From Tubulanus polymorphus (taxonomy: Eukaryota > Animalia > Nemertea), in the NCBI RefSeq assembly GCF_964204645.1, contig NC_134030.1, positions 789,355-853,354 on the forward strand: DNA of 64,000 nucleotides, written 5' to 3'. Made by a program: the position numbers and the translations under genes. The notes under the pieces are model-generated. The model was not told the origin of the DNA and made no database searches. It worked only from the letters and a program-made list of their open reading frames with translations. Shown in pieces: positions 47,305 through 59,663 of the stretch (the stretch's first letter is position 1; each line of letters opens with the position of its first letter).

Positions 47305-47440
47305 TTGTATCTCGATATCGGTATCGGATATAAGTGTCTCGATATCAGTATCCGATACAAGTATCATATCAGTATCCAATACAAATATCGAGACATCAAT
47401 ATCCGATACAAGTATCTCAATACCAATATCCGATATCTGG
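47305..47440. repeat. GATATC/GTATC-rich quasi-palindromic repeat (MITE-like) in the probable NKAPD1 3' UTR
   Basis: Repeated TCTCGATATC.GTATCCGATAC units in both orientations; AATAAA at ~47465. Confidence 0.55.
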
Positions 47441-48037
47441 ATGATGTGACTCTTTAGATAAATGAATAAATGTGACTCAACATTCATCAAATATCTTTTT
47501 AAGAGTTTGTTGTATTTTTTATAGTTACCTTAAGAGGATCCAGTAGAACATTATTACAACCAGATACAGCCGACCAGAGACTATTTTGCGTTACATATTC
47601 CTTGAATCCCTGACTGAGGTGGTTTGAGTGACAACTGGTCATTATCACACGAGTTGAATTGAAGTTGGAAATTCAGTCCATAACTCACAAACCACAGTGG
47701 AACTGACACAATGAACTTCAGGATCCTGTTCCACAGTAGTGAGTTTGGCTCCAATTAAATTAGTTCATTTTCGATCAACTCAACTCGGTCAAATCTTAAC
47801 TGGGACCCGGAGACCAGCAGCAAACCGGACCGATAGTTCCATTATCGTACACTAGACGGCGTTGTCAATTCAACGAATACAAACGATTGTTGTAATTATT
47901 TTTGTAAAATGTGATAACAGATTTTTATTGAAGGCAACAGTAAGAGATGACATTCACTGCCTCGCGCCACATTAAATATATATACACACTACTACAGAAT
48001 TAATCCAATCAAATTTATCTAATTAATTAAATACTCG

Positions 48038-48962
48038 TTAATAAGAATAATAAGGAGTGTCTGGATCGATGGCTTCTTGCTGCTGATTGGCCGCAGCATG
48101 CTGTTCCCGTTCAGCGGCCAATAGTTTTTCGTGTTTGGCTTGAGCCTCTTGTTGGTCGACGCCGATATCAACCTTCTGTAAATCGGGATCTGAATAGAGA
48201 AATAATCAAACGTTTAGATCGAGACAACATCTGTTTAAACAGACAATCCACGCGTGGTTCGAATGAGGTTTACTCAGAACTTTGTATTCAGAGATTCTCA
48301 GAAAATTAATCGTCTGCAAACACAATCTGGAACAACAGGGGCTGCAGTTGGTCAATAGTTGGTTCGAGTTGACCGGTTGATAGTCGATATAGTTACAATT
48401 GAAAGTTCATTGTTACTAAGGTATTTATCAGGAAATGGTCGAGATTTTTTTTCTAGGGAGAAATTCCATTTTCTATGTATACAACAGATGTTAAGACACA
48501 ACCTCCTTCAAAGAGCCCCCATCCCCTGAAACGCGTTTCATAAATTTGGAACAGCATCTCTTAAATACTAAATGTATTTTTACCTGTGAAGTTAAATACA
48601 GGGAATTTAGTCATATCCTGTCCGGTCGCCTGATACGCTTTTTCTATTTTACTCAATTCAGCGTTCAGGTTTTTTTCTACGTCCGGAGTGACATCAACCA
48701 TAGCGCCACCTGCCGACCTAAAAAAATAAAACAACAATACACATTACAGTTACCATAGAAACAGCCGACGTACGTTAGTTACGTCCGATACGTACTTGCT
48801 AGCTTTTCCGTATTCGCGGATTTTGTCGACGAATAATTTCTGAATCGGGTCCATGTCCGTTTTCTGGTACGTCGCCGCGGTTACGCCGATGTTTCGTTTC
48901 ATCGTTACCGTGACTACGCGGTGTACCTGGCGTAAATTGTTGATTACGACTTTTCCCAACAT
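48038..48962 (-). CDS. ATP5PF: Mitochondrial ATP synthase coupling factor 6, 3 coding exons, 150 aa
   Basis: Exons 48962-48796, 48717-48584 and 48189-48038. RNIGVTA..DPIQKLFVDKIREY..K|SAGGAMVD..DMTKFPVFNFT|DP is the CF6 signature. A 5' UTR donor lies at ~49193. Confidence 0.95.
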
Positions 48963-49784
48963 GATTGAAACCTATAACAACAGAGCGAGAGAACGATGAT
49001 AACTGAACGAGGGTCACACAGACTAGAATCAGTGGATTCTCTGTGGATTTCAGTTGGGATTTTGCAGCCATTTTTGAATCATGAATCCCGATCGAACCGG
49101 TAGGATAAACTCAATGAATATCTCCTCGATCGATTTCGTCAGTAAAATTGATCCGTTTATGACAAATAATCGGCGATTTATGAGTTTTATTACCTGAATT
49201 TGGAGGCAGCAATGCGGAAATAACCTTGTAGTGCGTCGATTTACCGAGAGAGCGGCGCCACAGTACGGCACAGAGCTTTTTAACCCACTTGTTTTATCAA
49301 CCGTTTCTAAAGTATTTTTTTCGCTACCGTTTCCTGAATTCGATTCATCGTTTTATAATTGTGTATTCTGATATGATATGTTAACATGGTTGTGATCACA
49401 AAAAAATCAAAAAAATTCAAATTTGTGGTCTAAATTCAATACAAATTTCTTTTTATTGATACGGATTACCAATTTGTGATAAGACAATAAGATAGTCGAA
49501 TTTGATGAATCAGTATCATTTAAGAAAATGACAGTCCATAGCTTCACAAAATTGTATAAGAATGATATTCCTAAAATTGACCAGGGTCCTCTCCGCCCTA
49601 GAGGTCCAGTCCTGGGATTTAATCATCCTCGTTAAGAAATATCCACAAAACATTTTTGAATACAAAAGATTTTATTTCACGAAACGATTTTATATTTGAT
49701 GATTACAGGAAAAACTACAAATGATAGAAGTGAATACACAGAACACATGGATAAATACAAACATGAGATCTCACTCACACTGAG

Positions 49785-50200
49785 GGGAAACCTCAGATCC
49801 ATGAGGATAGACCTCAAGAGCCAGGGGACCACAGACTCATGAGGACAAACACCTCACATTCTCAGGAGACCTCAGAACCAGGGGGACCTCAGACTCATGA
49901 GGACACCTCAGATTCTCAGGGACCTCAGAGCAAGAGGAGACCTCAGATTCAGGAGGAGACCTCCAAACCTTGGAGACCTCAGACCCATGAGGACACCTCA
50001 GAGCCAGAGGAGACCTCAGAGCCAGGAGACCTCAGATTCAAGAGACCACAGAGCCAGAGGAGACCTCAGATACAGTAGGAGACCTCAGATACAGGAGACC
50101 TCAGATTCAGGAGGAGACCTCAGAGCCAGGGGGACCTCAGATTCAGGAGACCTCAGATACAGGAGGAGACCTCAGATTCTGGAGGAGACCTCAGAACCAC
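49785..50200. repeat. GGAGACCTCAGA-based complex tandem repeat in the SMARCE1 3' UTR
   Basis: Many (GG)AGACCTCAGA cores directly downstream of the stop at 50218 on the minus strand. Confidence 0.9.
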
Positions 50201-50217
50201 TGGACACTGATATCAAA

Positions 50218-53200
50218 TCAAGCATCACCTCCACCAGGAGCGGTAGGGTTCTCATTATTACTAGGTGGAGCTACTGGTTCAATCGATTGTTGATCAGTTT
50301 TCAGGGGTGGTTCATCAGTGACAGGTGGAGCCGTCTGTTGTACAGCAGGTGCTGCTGCTGCTGCTGCTGCTACTGGTGGTTCGCTCACTTCCATAGGTTC
50401 TGCAGGGGCTGGAGCAGTCGTGGCAGGTGAGGATTGTTCTGTGCCATCTGCTGCTGGTTTACTATCAGTGCTGCCCTCTTCAGACTGAAATCATAATTAC
50501 ACGAACCAATTAATGAGTTCGAAGAGTAAAGGAGAGAAGAGCCATTAGAAAAACAATTTACCTTGGATTCAGATTTGACGGGTTGCTCACCAGTAGGGGG
50601 CGCTGTAGTGGCTAAAAATATAAATATAAATCAGTTACAGATATCCACAATCTCGATTTCGGTTAAAGTTTGAAACTTCCGGCATCGGAAACCGTGGAAT
50701 TCAGAACAGATTTTTATCCTCAAGTCAAACCTGTTTAGTATGGTAGGTCTTCTGCACTAACGGGTAAAAAAAAGTATGACTTCACGTGGAGCGCCCTCTA
50801 TTGCTTACCGGTGGTAGTAGAATCGGTGTGTTGCGTAGGTGATGGTTCGTTCACGGTCGCTACAGTCTCGTCTTGTGTATCCATCGGTTGTTCCGCGCTT
50901 TCATTCTTCACAACGGTATCGCCATCTATCGGTGCTGTATCTTCACTAGGTTTACTTTCAGACGCTTCCTGGAAATCATTTCGTTAACAAATTCTGTTAT
51001 AGGTCCTACAAATTTCCCTGACGCTTGACCAGAAATTGTCTGATTAAATTTTAAGATATCCTCAGTGAGGGCAGTTTCTTATCAGGAGGTTCCTAGACTA
51101 GGCACTAGACGAGTGGCCCTAGTAGTGCCACTCGTCACCAGCAAAAACAACAAGACAACCAAAAATCAAATTGCCTGATTAAATTATAAGATATTCTCAG
51201 TGTTTCTTAACAAGAGGTTCCTTGTGTCACTCATCACCAGCAAGAGAACAAGACACCAAAAATTCAAATTCCCTGATAAAATTATAAGATATCTTCAGTA
51301 TTTCTTATCAAGAGGTTCCTTGTGTCACTCGTCACCAGCAAGAACAACTAGACACCAAAAATTCAAATTCCCTGATCAAATTATAAGATATCCTCAGTGG
51401 GGTTGTTCCTTATCAAGAGGTTCCTTGTGTCACTCATCACCAGCAAGAACAACTAGACATCAAAAATTCTAATTCCCTGATTTCGGAATTCGCAGATATT
51501 TCCCCATTCTTTTTAGACTAAACGAAAAATTTAAAAAATCATTGTTTTCCCCAACAACATCAAATCTACCTTTTCTTTCTTCTCATTTTCCTCTTTCATC
51601 CTTTGCTGTTCTTCTTCCTCTAGTTTCCTCCTTCGTTCTTCCTCCTCAGCGGCGCGTTGTTTCTCCTCTTCAGCCTGCTTCGCCAATAACTCTTGACGTT
51701 CTTTGATCATCTGTTGTTGCCGTAGTAACAGATCGTCTCGTGCCTTCAGGACCATGTTTTTGAACATTGCGTCCGTTATTTCAGGTTTATTCGAACACAA
51801 CTGCAAAAAATAACACGTCAAAATTTATTATTAAAATTTTCATGAGTGTTTTATTTATGAGACACATTTTGTCCGTTCCTGAGGCAGGATTCGTTTCACC
51901 TTTACTCCTTCCCCCAGGAGGTTGTATTTTTACCAGATTGCAGTAACCCCTGGCCCTAGGGGTTCATCTCTTGTCTCCGTTCCATGATGCTTGATTTTTT
52001 GCGAGGTTGCACTTTCCTCTCTACTATCTCCTAGACCTAGGGGTATCGAGTACCCCCAGGTCTAGGAGATAGGAGGAGTAACCCCTCCTATCTCCTAGAC
52101 TTAGGGGTTCTCCTCTATTCAAGGCATATGTCGTTAATCTTGACTCCATTTCCTGGTCCAAGTCCCCTAGGGATGCTAGTTTTGTAAATTCCAGTTAAAG
52201 GGTTTACTGACCCACCCCTCCCCTGGTGTTCCCAGTTTTACCCCCCCCCCCCTGGTGTTCCCAGTTTACCCCCCCCCCCCCCCGGTGTTCCCAGTTTTAC
52301 CCCCTCCCTTGGTGTTCCCAGTTTTACCCGAATCTAAATTACCTTTTTAAGTTCACCGTGAAACTCTTCGCTGGAATCGACAAATTTACGTTTCTTCGTT
52401 TCGTGTTTCTCTTCGATGTCCTGAAGTTCGTCTTCGAGTTTTTTCTGATGTTTCTGAAGAGATTGAACCTGTTTACGGAGTACGTCTAACCGACTTGTCG
52501 TGACGACTGTTCTCACGTCCGGTACGCAACTCTCGCTGAATATTTCGTTGATTAAACGATGGTTTCTATGGTAACGACTTGCGGAGATATGTTTCACCGA
52601 AAATCCCTCGTCATTATCTACAAATGAAACGCGAATCGTTATCAGTGCTGCCCTCTGGTGTTACGTTGACAATACTTAGCACAGTCAATACTGAGTGCTA
52701 CCACCCGCGACAGGTTCCAGTTAAGTCAAAAAACAGTCTTAAGACTTTAGTTGTTAGATTGGCTATAGAGATCTGGAGCCAGATGCATAGTCACGACTTG
52801 GACTTAAAACTAATCTTAAGAATTAAGACCACTTTTGGACTTAAGTCACAACTGTGCAATTGAACCAGGGGTTAAACACAACTGGCGGATAGATTCCATA
52901 GTAGTAACGATGAACTTCTAATTGTCCAAATATCAACTATCCACTGGTTAATTCTAACCAGCTTTTGAGCAACAGCAGCCATGATTACGGAACTGGCCCA
53001 TAGTGTTCGGTTTATTGACAGTGCTGCCCCCTAGTGACTAATTACCATCATCATCGTCTGCCGGTTGAATACTAATACGAGATTCTTGTTGTTGCTGTTT
53101 AGAACCTCTTCCTCGTCTTTGTTCTTCCTCTTCTTCCATCACTTCCAAAACTGCAAAATTACACGTCAGAAAGAAAAAACTTCAGAATAGTAAAACCCGA

Positions 53201-55657
53201 CCTGCGCATTCAAACACCCCTCATGTCCCGCATCTCTATCCCTCATCTCTGTCCCTCATCTCCGCTTGAGGTTCATTCAATCCCTCTCTAAGGGCGGCCG
53301 CTTTTAAGGCTAAACAAAAATGATACCTCGTTTCTCCGCAGCGGCCGGGTCATTTTTGTAAAATATGATAAAATTTATAAACAGTTCATTTCTATAGCGG
53401 CCGGGTCTGTTACGGTAAAATTGATCACGATTTTAAAAAAAAGTAATGTAAAGGGTAGATAGGCGGCCGGCCGGGTCAACATTTAAGCTCAGCAGAGCGG
53501 AGAAACAAGGTATCAATTTTTTTTAGCCTAATTGACTAGCTTTTTTCCCTGACATAGTTTTCACTGACTTGATCTGCTAAGAATCCAATCAATTAACAGT
53601 CAAATACATAATACAAAGATGAAATGATTTTACACGCAAGCATTCTCAACAAATATTCCTGACTTTTACCTCATTTTTAGCTTTTTCTTTTTACAAAATT
53701 CCCTGACTTTTTTAAAGATCCAACTGAAGCTTCAACCGTTTTTAATTTGTGAACTCAGTAGAATTCAATAGAAAATTTGTTATATTTTCAACCGAGATTT
53801 TATGAATTTTGAAACTTACGTTTGCCTTTAGCAGCGACCCACGCCTGATAGGCCGGTGAATGCTGGTAAGCTTTCATATTCTCAGCATATTGCGTCTGAA
53901 ATAGAATAACATTTAAACTTCAAACCCCTTAAATTCATCGGTTAAACACAGTTGTGAGTTCAGACTGACTTCAACTCATTACGAGGCAAACTGAACCCAG
54001 ACCCACAAAAAGAATTATCTCTTAAATCTATTTAATTTCCTCAATTCACTTCAGCTTAAATTGTTTAAGAGTTTTAATCATTTTTGTAAAACTTGGCGCA
54101 GGACTATAGAACTGGATACACGGAATATCAATCTGCCTGGACTATACAAACATTTCTATGTATCAAATATTGCCTGGCGTATAGCGACATGTTGATCTCT
54201 CTCTCTCCTCTCACACTATACTTCACTTCCTCGTTTTAAAATTAACACTTTATTAGTCACATGTTACACTCATTATCATAGTACAACAGTCGGCCATGGC
54301 ACAATTTACTGATTTCAAAAAGGAAGAAATTTGAATTGATTTCTGAACGAAACTTTTAACAGATGTACAACTGATGCACTGTTTGATGATGTCATAGGGG
54401 GATTCAGGAAGCACAGTGGATCTTTATATCAAACAGGTTATAGTAGGTATTTCGATCTCGTAGGGTGATTTTGTGGACAGCCTGAAACTGGTGTATATCA
54501 GTGCACCGGTTTGATGATGTCATAGGGGGAATTGCATCGACAGCTAGGATTGGGTCACAGTACCAGCTTGATGATGTCATAGGGGGATTTATGGAGTTTA
54601 TCGGAAGAGTCTATTTCACAGCATCAGTTCGATGATGTCATAAAGGGATTTATGGAGTTTAATGGAAGAGTCTATATCAGTTTGATGATGTCATAGGGGG
54701 AATTTTACCTTCTCAGCGTCGTATTCGTCCATGTATTCTTGTTTTTCACTCTCCGGAAGTTCTCTCCACATTTGACCAATGATTTTTCCGATTTCCCACA
54801 ATTTTAATTCGGGGTTCGAAGCCTTCACTTGATCCCATATTTTTCGACTGTATCTCATATACGGCATCAGGGGTTTATCCGGGGCTTTCGGAGGTTTCGG
54901 GATCCGTGAATCCTGAAATATTTTACGGTCAATCTGCGCCCATAAAATATTCAAAACACAACATATTCATTAGATACAAGACAAACTTGAATCGATATTT
55001 TTTTTTTAGAATATTTTTTCGAACAAATGAATACGGATTGAGATATTTTTAGTAGAAACTGACCATGACTGTGTTACGAACACTCGATGATTTAGAGCCT
55101 GAACCTTTAACGGGGTTAAACGCTGGGTGACCATGGCTACTCGTAATAAACGGCGTCGATCCCGATGTTACTCCCAGCGGTCGGTAACGAGCTGTAAATA
55201 ATCAACAATATATCAATTAAAACATTTTTGCTTTTTCGTTGAAGTTTCTCGTTGAGAAAACAAAAGTAAGAATTAGATTAAAATATCCTCTATTGGTGAA
55301 ATAAGATTCATGGGAAAACATTAATTTCTGATAGTACTTTGAAGCACAGATACTGAAATATTCAATCTTCATTTGGAATTCATCCTTTATCTGAATTCAA
55401 ACTGCGGCTCCCGAGGGGAACTTGTCAAATATTTTTGAGTGCCTTCAAATTGTCTTTTTGGACATCAAAGTGCCTTTTAGTGATGGAACAACTTCGTCAA
55501 ATGTGGCCTCCCTGGGTCAGCCCCCGAACCCGCTTTATCTAAAAGTAAATCCTTAAAATCTGAAAGTTAAAGCCGCCCAACGAGAGGGGGGTTCAGCATG
55601 ATACTTACACGAAGGGTAGCTGCCCAATGAGGGAGCCCGGTAGTTTGGTAGAGACAT
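50218..55657 (-). CDS. SMARCE1: SWI/SNF (BAF) subunit BAF57/BAP111, HMG-box protein, 10 coding exons, 514 aa
   Basis: Exons 55657-55609, 55191-55064, 54912-54709, 53895-53820, 53150-53046, 52617-52343, 51800-51570, 50968-50809, 50611-50562 and 50484-50218 total 1545 nt in frame. Motifs: [26 protein letters not shown] (HMG box), [21 protein letters not shown] and [12 protein letters not shown] 5' UTR donor lies at ~56104. Confidence 0.96.
51030..51482. repeat. ~95-bp tandem repeat, about 4 copies, in a SMARCE1 intron
   Basis: CAAGAGGTTCCTTGTGTCACTC.TCACCAGCAAGAACAAC.AGACACCAAAAATTCAAATTCCCTGAT repeated. Confidence 0.85.
52710..52870. mobile_element. Dispersed repeat/MITE (CTTAAG-rich); relative at ~61625-61737
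   Basis: TTAAGACCACTTTTGG and GATTGGCTATAGA / TCTATAGCCAATC are shared between the two loci. Confidence 0.5.
53308..53528. mobile_element. PIF/Harbinger-type MITE with TAA TSD
   Basis: TAA|GGCTAAACAAAAATGATACCTCGTTTCTCCGC ... GCGGAGAAACAAGGTATCAATTTTTTTTAGCC|TAA. Confidence 0.8.
54381..54705. repeat. Five copies of a conserved ~23-bp core with variable spacers in a SMARCE1 intron
   Basis: GTTTGATGATGTCATAGGGGGA at 54381, 54509, 54566, 54627 and 54680. Confidence 0.85.
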
Positions 55658-56104
55658 CTTGTAAGCCACAACCACTCAAACACAATCTCTTACTGATCAC
55701 TGTCAAAACTGAAATGAATCGAATGAATGAATGAAGCATTTTCTTCACACATTTGATTTATCAAATCCAGTTTCTGACATCAAGATGTTTAAGGGAGGTT
55801 TTGATTGGTGTTTTATCAATCCAGAATTCACTTCTGGCGCATTTGTTTCCACCAGAATACACTCCTATGCCTATTCTGGAATAGTTTAATCTGTAAACCT
55901 TAAAGAAGCGGCACTTAAAAACTGAACAGATTATGAACAGACTACCATTTTATTTCATGTTGACATTCTCAGGTATAAAATGAACTCAGTTTAAAAGGAT
56001 TCGAGTTTAAATAATTCAACTCTTTTCAGTTCAATATTTTAATGATTTATTTAACGAATTTTTTCACGTATTTTCAGCAGATTTTAGTAAATAAAGCGGC
56101 TTAC

Positions 56105-56321
56105 CTTTGTCCGCGGTTTCACTAACTACCGCCTGTAAACAGCCCGACACATCACCTGCGAGTGCGAGTTGGAGGCGGCGGCGAAATCAATCACTGGACA
56201 ACTAGACAATCTACAGATGAACAGACAGCGGCGTCGCGTCCACTCGCGGCACGAACCAGCACCAGCACAGTCTTTACAACTGTTTTGATGGGAGAAAAGT
56301 AGGAAATAAAAATCCGTCAAA
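56105..56321. promoter_or_regulatory. Bidirectional promoter/5' UTR region shared by SMARCE1 (-) and VPS26C (+)
   Basis: The SMARCE1 5' UTR donor (56104) and the VPS26C ATG (56322) are about 220 bp apart, head to head; locally CpG-rich. Confidence 0.7.
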
Positions 56322-59312
56322 ATGTCGAACGCCGCTTTAGACATCCGTTTAAAAAAGGTCAATAAAATCTACCACGAAGGGGTAAGTTAAATCTTTAGTT
56401 TGAAATCAAATTTTATCAATTCGATCAAAGGGTAAACCGTGAATCTGCTTTAAAAGTGAGTTCTTGCTTAGTCTGTGCTCACAACGTTCACTCGTTGAGA
56501 TGTCAATTCTCTGTTTATTATCGGTTAAGACGATATTTTGAGTTGTTTGATAATGATCCGGTGTAAGATAGATCGCGTAGATTTAATGATTGATAACTAT
56601 GTTTGTTGAATGTTTTATTATTAGGAGATTTTGACTGGTTTTGTTGTTATAACGAGTAAAGGTGAACTTCAACACCAGGGAATCACGTTAACCGTCGATG
56701 GTAAAGTCGATCTTCAACTCAGCGCTAAAAGTGTCGGGCTGTTTGAAGCATTCTATAATTCATTAAAGGTAAATGACATTGTCATTTGGATAAGTCGTCA
56801 CTTTAACTGAAGTTATCTCTACTTTTTTGGGTCTCAATTTGTATTTCTAATTCAAAATTTAATTCACTAAGTCTAAGTCCTCATTTGGATAAGTCGTCAC
56901 ATTTAACTGAAGTCATCTCTACTATTGAGTCTCAATTTGTATTTCTAATGCAATTTACTAAGTGTAAATCAACATCAAGATAGTCCCATTGCATCATTTT
57001 AAGGTGAAATTTTCTTTTGAAAATATCCGATCGTTGGTTCAGTAACTAGAATTGACCGTTTAGTGTTTTACTTGCAGCCGATACAGTTGATGATAGTAAA
57101 CATGGAGATTGCGAAACCGGGTCGTCTGCCGTCCGGTCGAACTGAGATACCGTTTGAAATACCGGTTAAAGGTAAAACCGGGCGCAAGCTGTACGAGACG
57201 TATCACGGTGTATTTGTTAATATACAGGTTAGATATCACTCCCTCTCTACCTCCCCCTAAACATCCTCTCCCTCTAAACAACCTTCTAAGCAACCTCTCC
57301 CTGCCTCCCTCTCTACCTCAGTGAGGATTCCCGGTGTAAATCTAGCCTCCCTCTCTACCTCAGTGAGGATTCCCGGTGTAAATCTAACCCCGCACCACCC
57401 TCTTCCCTTAAATACCCGACCCCTTTTAAGACACCAATCTTTCTAAACACCCTCTCCCTGCCTCCCTCTCTACATCCCCCCTAAACACCCTCTTCCCTAA
57501 AACACCCACCCCAAGACACCACTCCCTCTAAACACCCTCTCCCTGCCTCCCTCTTCAACACCCCTCTCCCTCTGCACCCCTCCCCTAAAAAAACTCCCCA
57601 TACCCCTCCCCCTTTTCCCCTATGTCATCTCTCCCCAAACGACCCTTCCTACATCCCTCTTTTAACGACCTCTCCCTGCCTCCCTTTAAAACGCTCCCCG
57701 ACCTCCATCTCCCCGTCCCATATAACAGTCTCTCCGCTCGCCATTTAATTCAATCATCCAGATACTGATTTAATGATTTATTATAATTGTGTTGTTTTAC
57801 AGTATTTGATTAGAGTTGATATGAAACGATCGTTGTTAAATAAAGATCTACAAAAACAATGTGAATTCATCGTGGAAATGAACGATGCCGAGGGACAAGA
57901 GAAAGCTGTTTCTAAACCTTTACAATTCAATATTACACCGAGCACTTTACAGAATGTCAAAGATGTAAGTGGTTTATGGGGTCATTCATTTATTACGTAC
58001 GCATTAGGGGAGGGGGAGGTGTCAGTGCAATTGTGTACTGTAATGCTTTATGGATATGAAAAATGGCTGATTTTGCGTACAGAGGGGGAGGGGGGGTTGA
58101 GAAATCTCTGCTGACTTTGGGATCATTTATTCATTACGTACGCATTAGGGGAGGGGGAGGGGTCAGTGCTATTGCGTACTGTAATGCTTAATGTATATGA
58201 AAAATGGCCCATTTCGCGACCGGAGGGGGAGGGGGGTTGAAAAATTCAAATTTTATGCATATTTAATGCCTGATATTTAATGACTGATCCCTATGGAAAT
58301 AATCCAACATTTGTGATTTAACATTTCACTGAAAACTCAGTTAACTTAATCTTCAGTTAGGGAACATCTCAAAATTTCAATAGTTCCGTCAATTAGAATA
58401 ACTGTCTAATTGGTTTTACACCATTGGTTTTTACCCAACCCCCTTCTGCGAGTTATTCTAATTGAAGTAACTATCAAAATTTTGAGATGCTCCCTTAACA
58501 ACTGTAAAACTGGATCTTACTCCCAGTTTCTGATTACTGACTATAAACCACAATTTAAATTACTTTTTCAGAAATACAATATTCCACGGTTTAAGGTTAC
58601 CGGTAAATTGGACGCGACAATTTGTAAAATAAATGAGCCTTTCACCGGAGATGTAAGTAACGAGGGAATTATTACTGGACACAGTTACACAGGTCGTGGG
58701 TTGTACATTTTTTCAAAACTAAACTAACAATATGTAACTAGAATCTGTTCTTTTTCGACTTGTTGACATAATTATTGTTCAAATATGACCTGTTCGTTGA
58801 CGATGATTATTGTTCGAATTTGACCTGTTTTCAGTTAGTTGTTGAAAGTTGCGAAGCCCCGATAAAATCAGTTGAACTGCAGCTGGTCCGTGTTGAGACG
58901 TGCGGCTGTGCGGAGGGTTACGCTAAAGACTGTAATAACTACCGTAACAAACTTAGTAAACTTATCCGTAACCGTTCGAATTGTTGCTATATTCTTTTCG
59001 TTTCCATAGCGACGGAGATTCAGAATATTCAGATCGCCGAGGGAGACGTGTGTCGTAATCTGACGATTCCTATTTATATGATATTCCCGAGACTTTTCAC
59101 GAGTCCAACGCTTCACACTCCAAACTTCAAAGTCGGTTAGTTTTTCCGTTTTAGAAGCTGAATTCCAGGGTTTATTGTTAAACATTTTGGTCGAGCGAAT
59201 CATTACAATTATTTCTTCTCTATTTTCAGAATTTGAATGTAACATTGTGATTGTTTTCCATGACGACCACTTGATAACTGAGAATTTTCCGATTAAGATC
59301 ACACGGTTTTAG
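56322..59312 (+). CDS. VPS26C: Retriever subunit VPS26C (DSCR3), 8 exons, 300 aa
   Basis: Exons 56322-56381, 56625-56768, 57078-57227, 57803-57964, 58572-58652, 58835-58931, 59010-59135 and 59230-59312 total 903 nt. Motifs: LDIRLKKVNKIYHEG, LQLSAKSVGLFEAFYNSLKP, LYETYHGVFVNIQY, ELQLVRVETCGCAEGY, TEIQNIQIAEGDV, LITENFP. Confidence 0.97.
57976..58293. mobile_element. Harbinger-like MITE with an internal ~140-bp duplication
   Basis: GGGGTCATTCATTTATTACGTACGCATTAGGGGAGGGGGAGG occurs twice (~57978 and ~58120); the end TTAATGACTGATCCC is an imperfect inverted match to the start. Confidence 0.55.
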
Positions 59313-59663
59313 TAGAATTCAGCTGCAGCAGCGGCGACTCGCGGCAGTGTATCAAATTATTCCTAGTCCTGTGCTTTCTATGATAAAATGAGTGCTAAAA
59401 ATAGAATATCAATATATTGTTGAATGTAAAATATTGTAAATATGTAATTATCGAATAAAAATCTTTATTACAAATTTAAAGAATTAGTTCCGTGTTTATA
59501 TGGGATTCGAACCTGCTGGAAAGGTTCAGTGTCGGTTATTGATACAAGGTGGCAGTAATGTCGAGTTTGTTTTGATGACGTTGTGAGGAACGCGAGGTCG
59601 TGTGTAAAGAAGGGTTTGTTATTTATTTACACCAGAGCTGCTCGTGTAGTAGGCGGCAGAAAG

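Noticed and set aside
49839-50430. Plus-strand ORFs of 79 and 177 aa
   Set aside because: Antisense to the SMARCE1 last exon and its 3' UTR repeat.
54381-54705. CRISPR array or C/D snoRNA cluster (TGATGA boxes)
   Set aside because: Spacing is irregular, two spacers are related and there are no cas genes. The TGATGA boxes are antisense to the host transcript and lack matching terminal CTGA boxes and stems.
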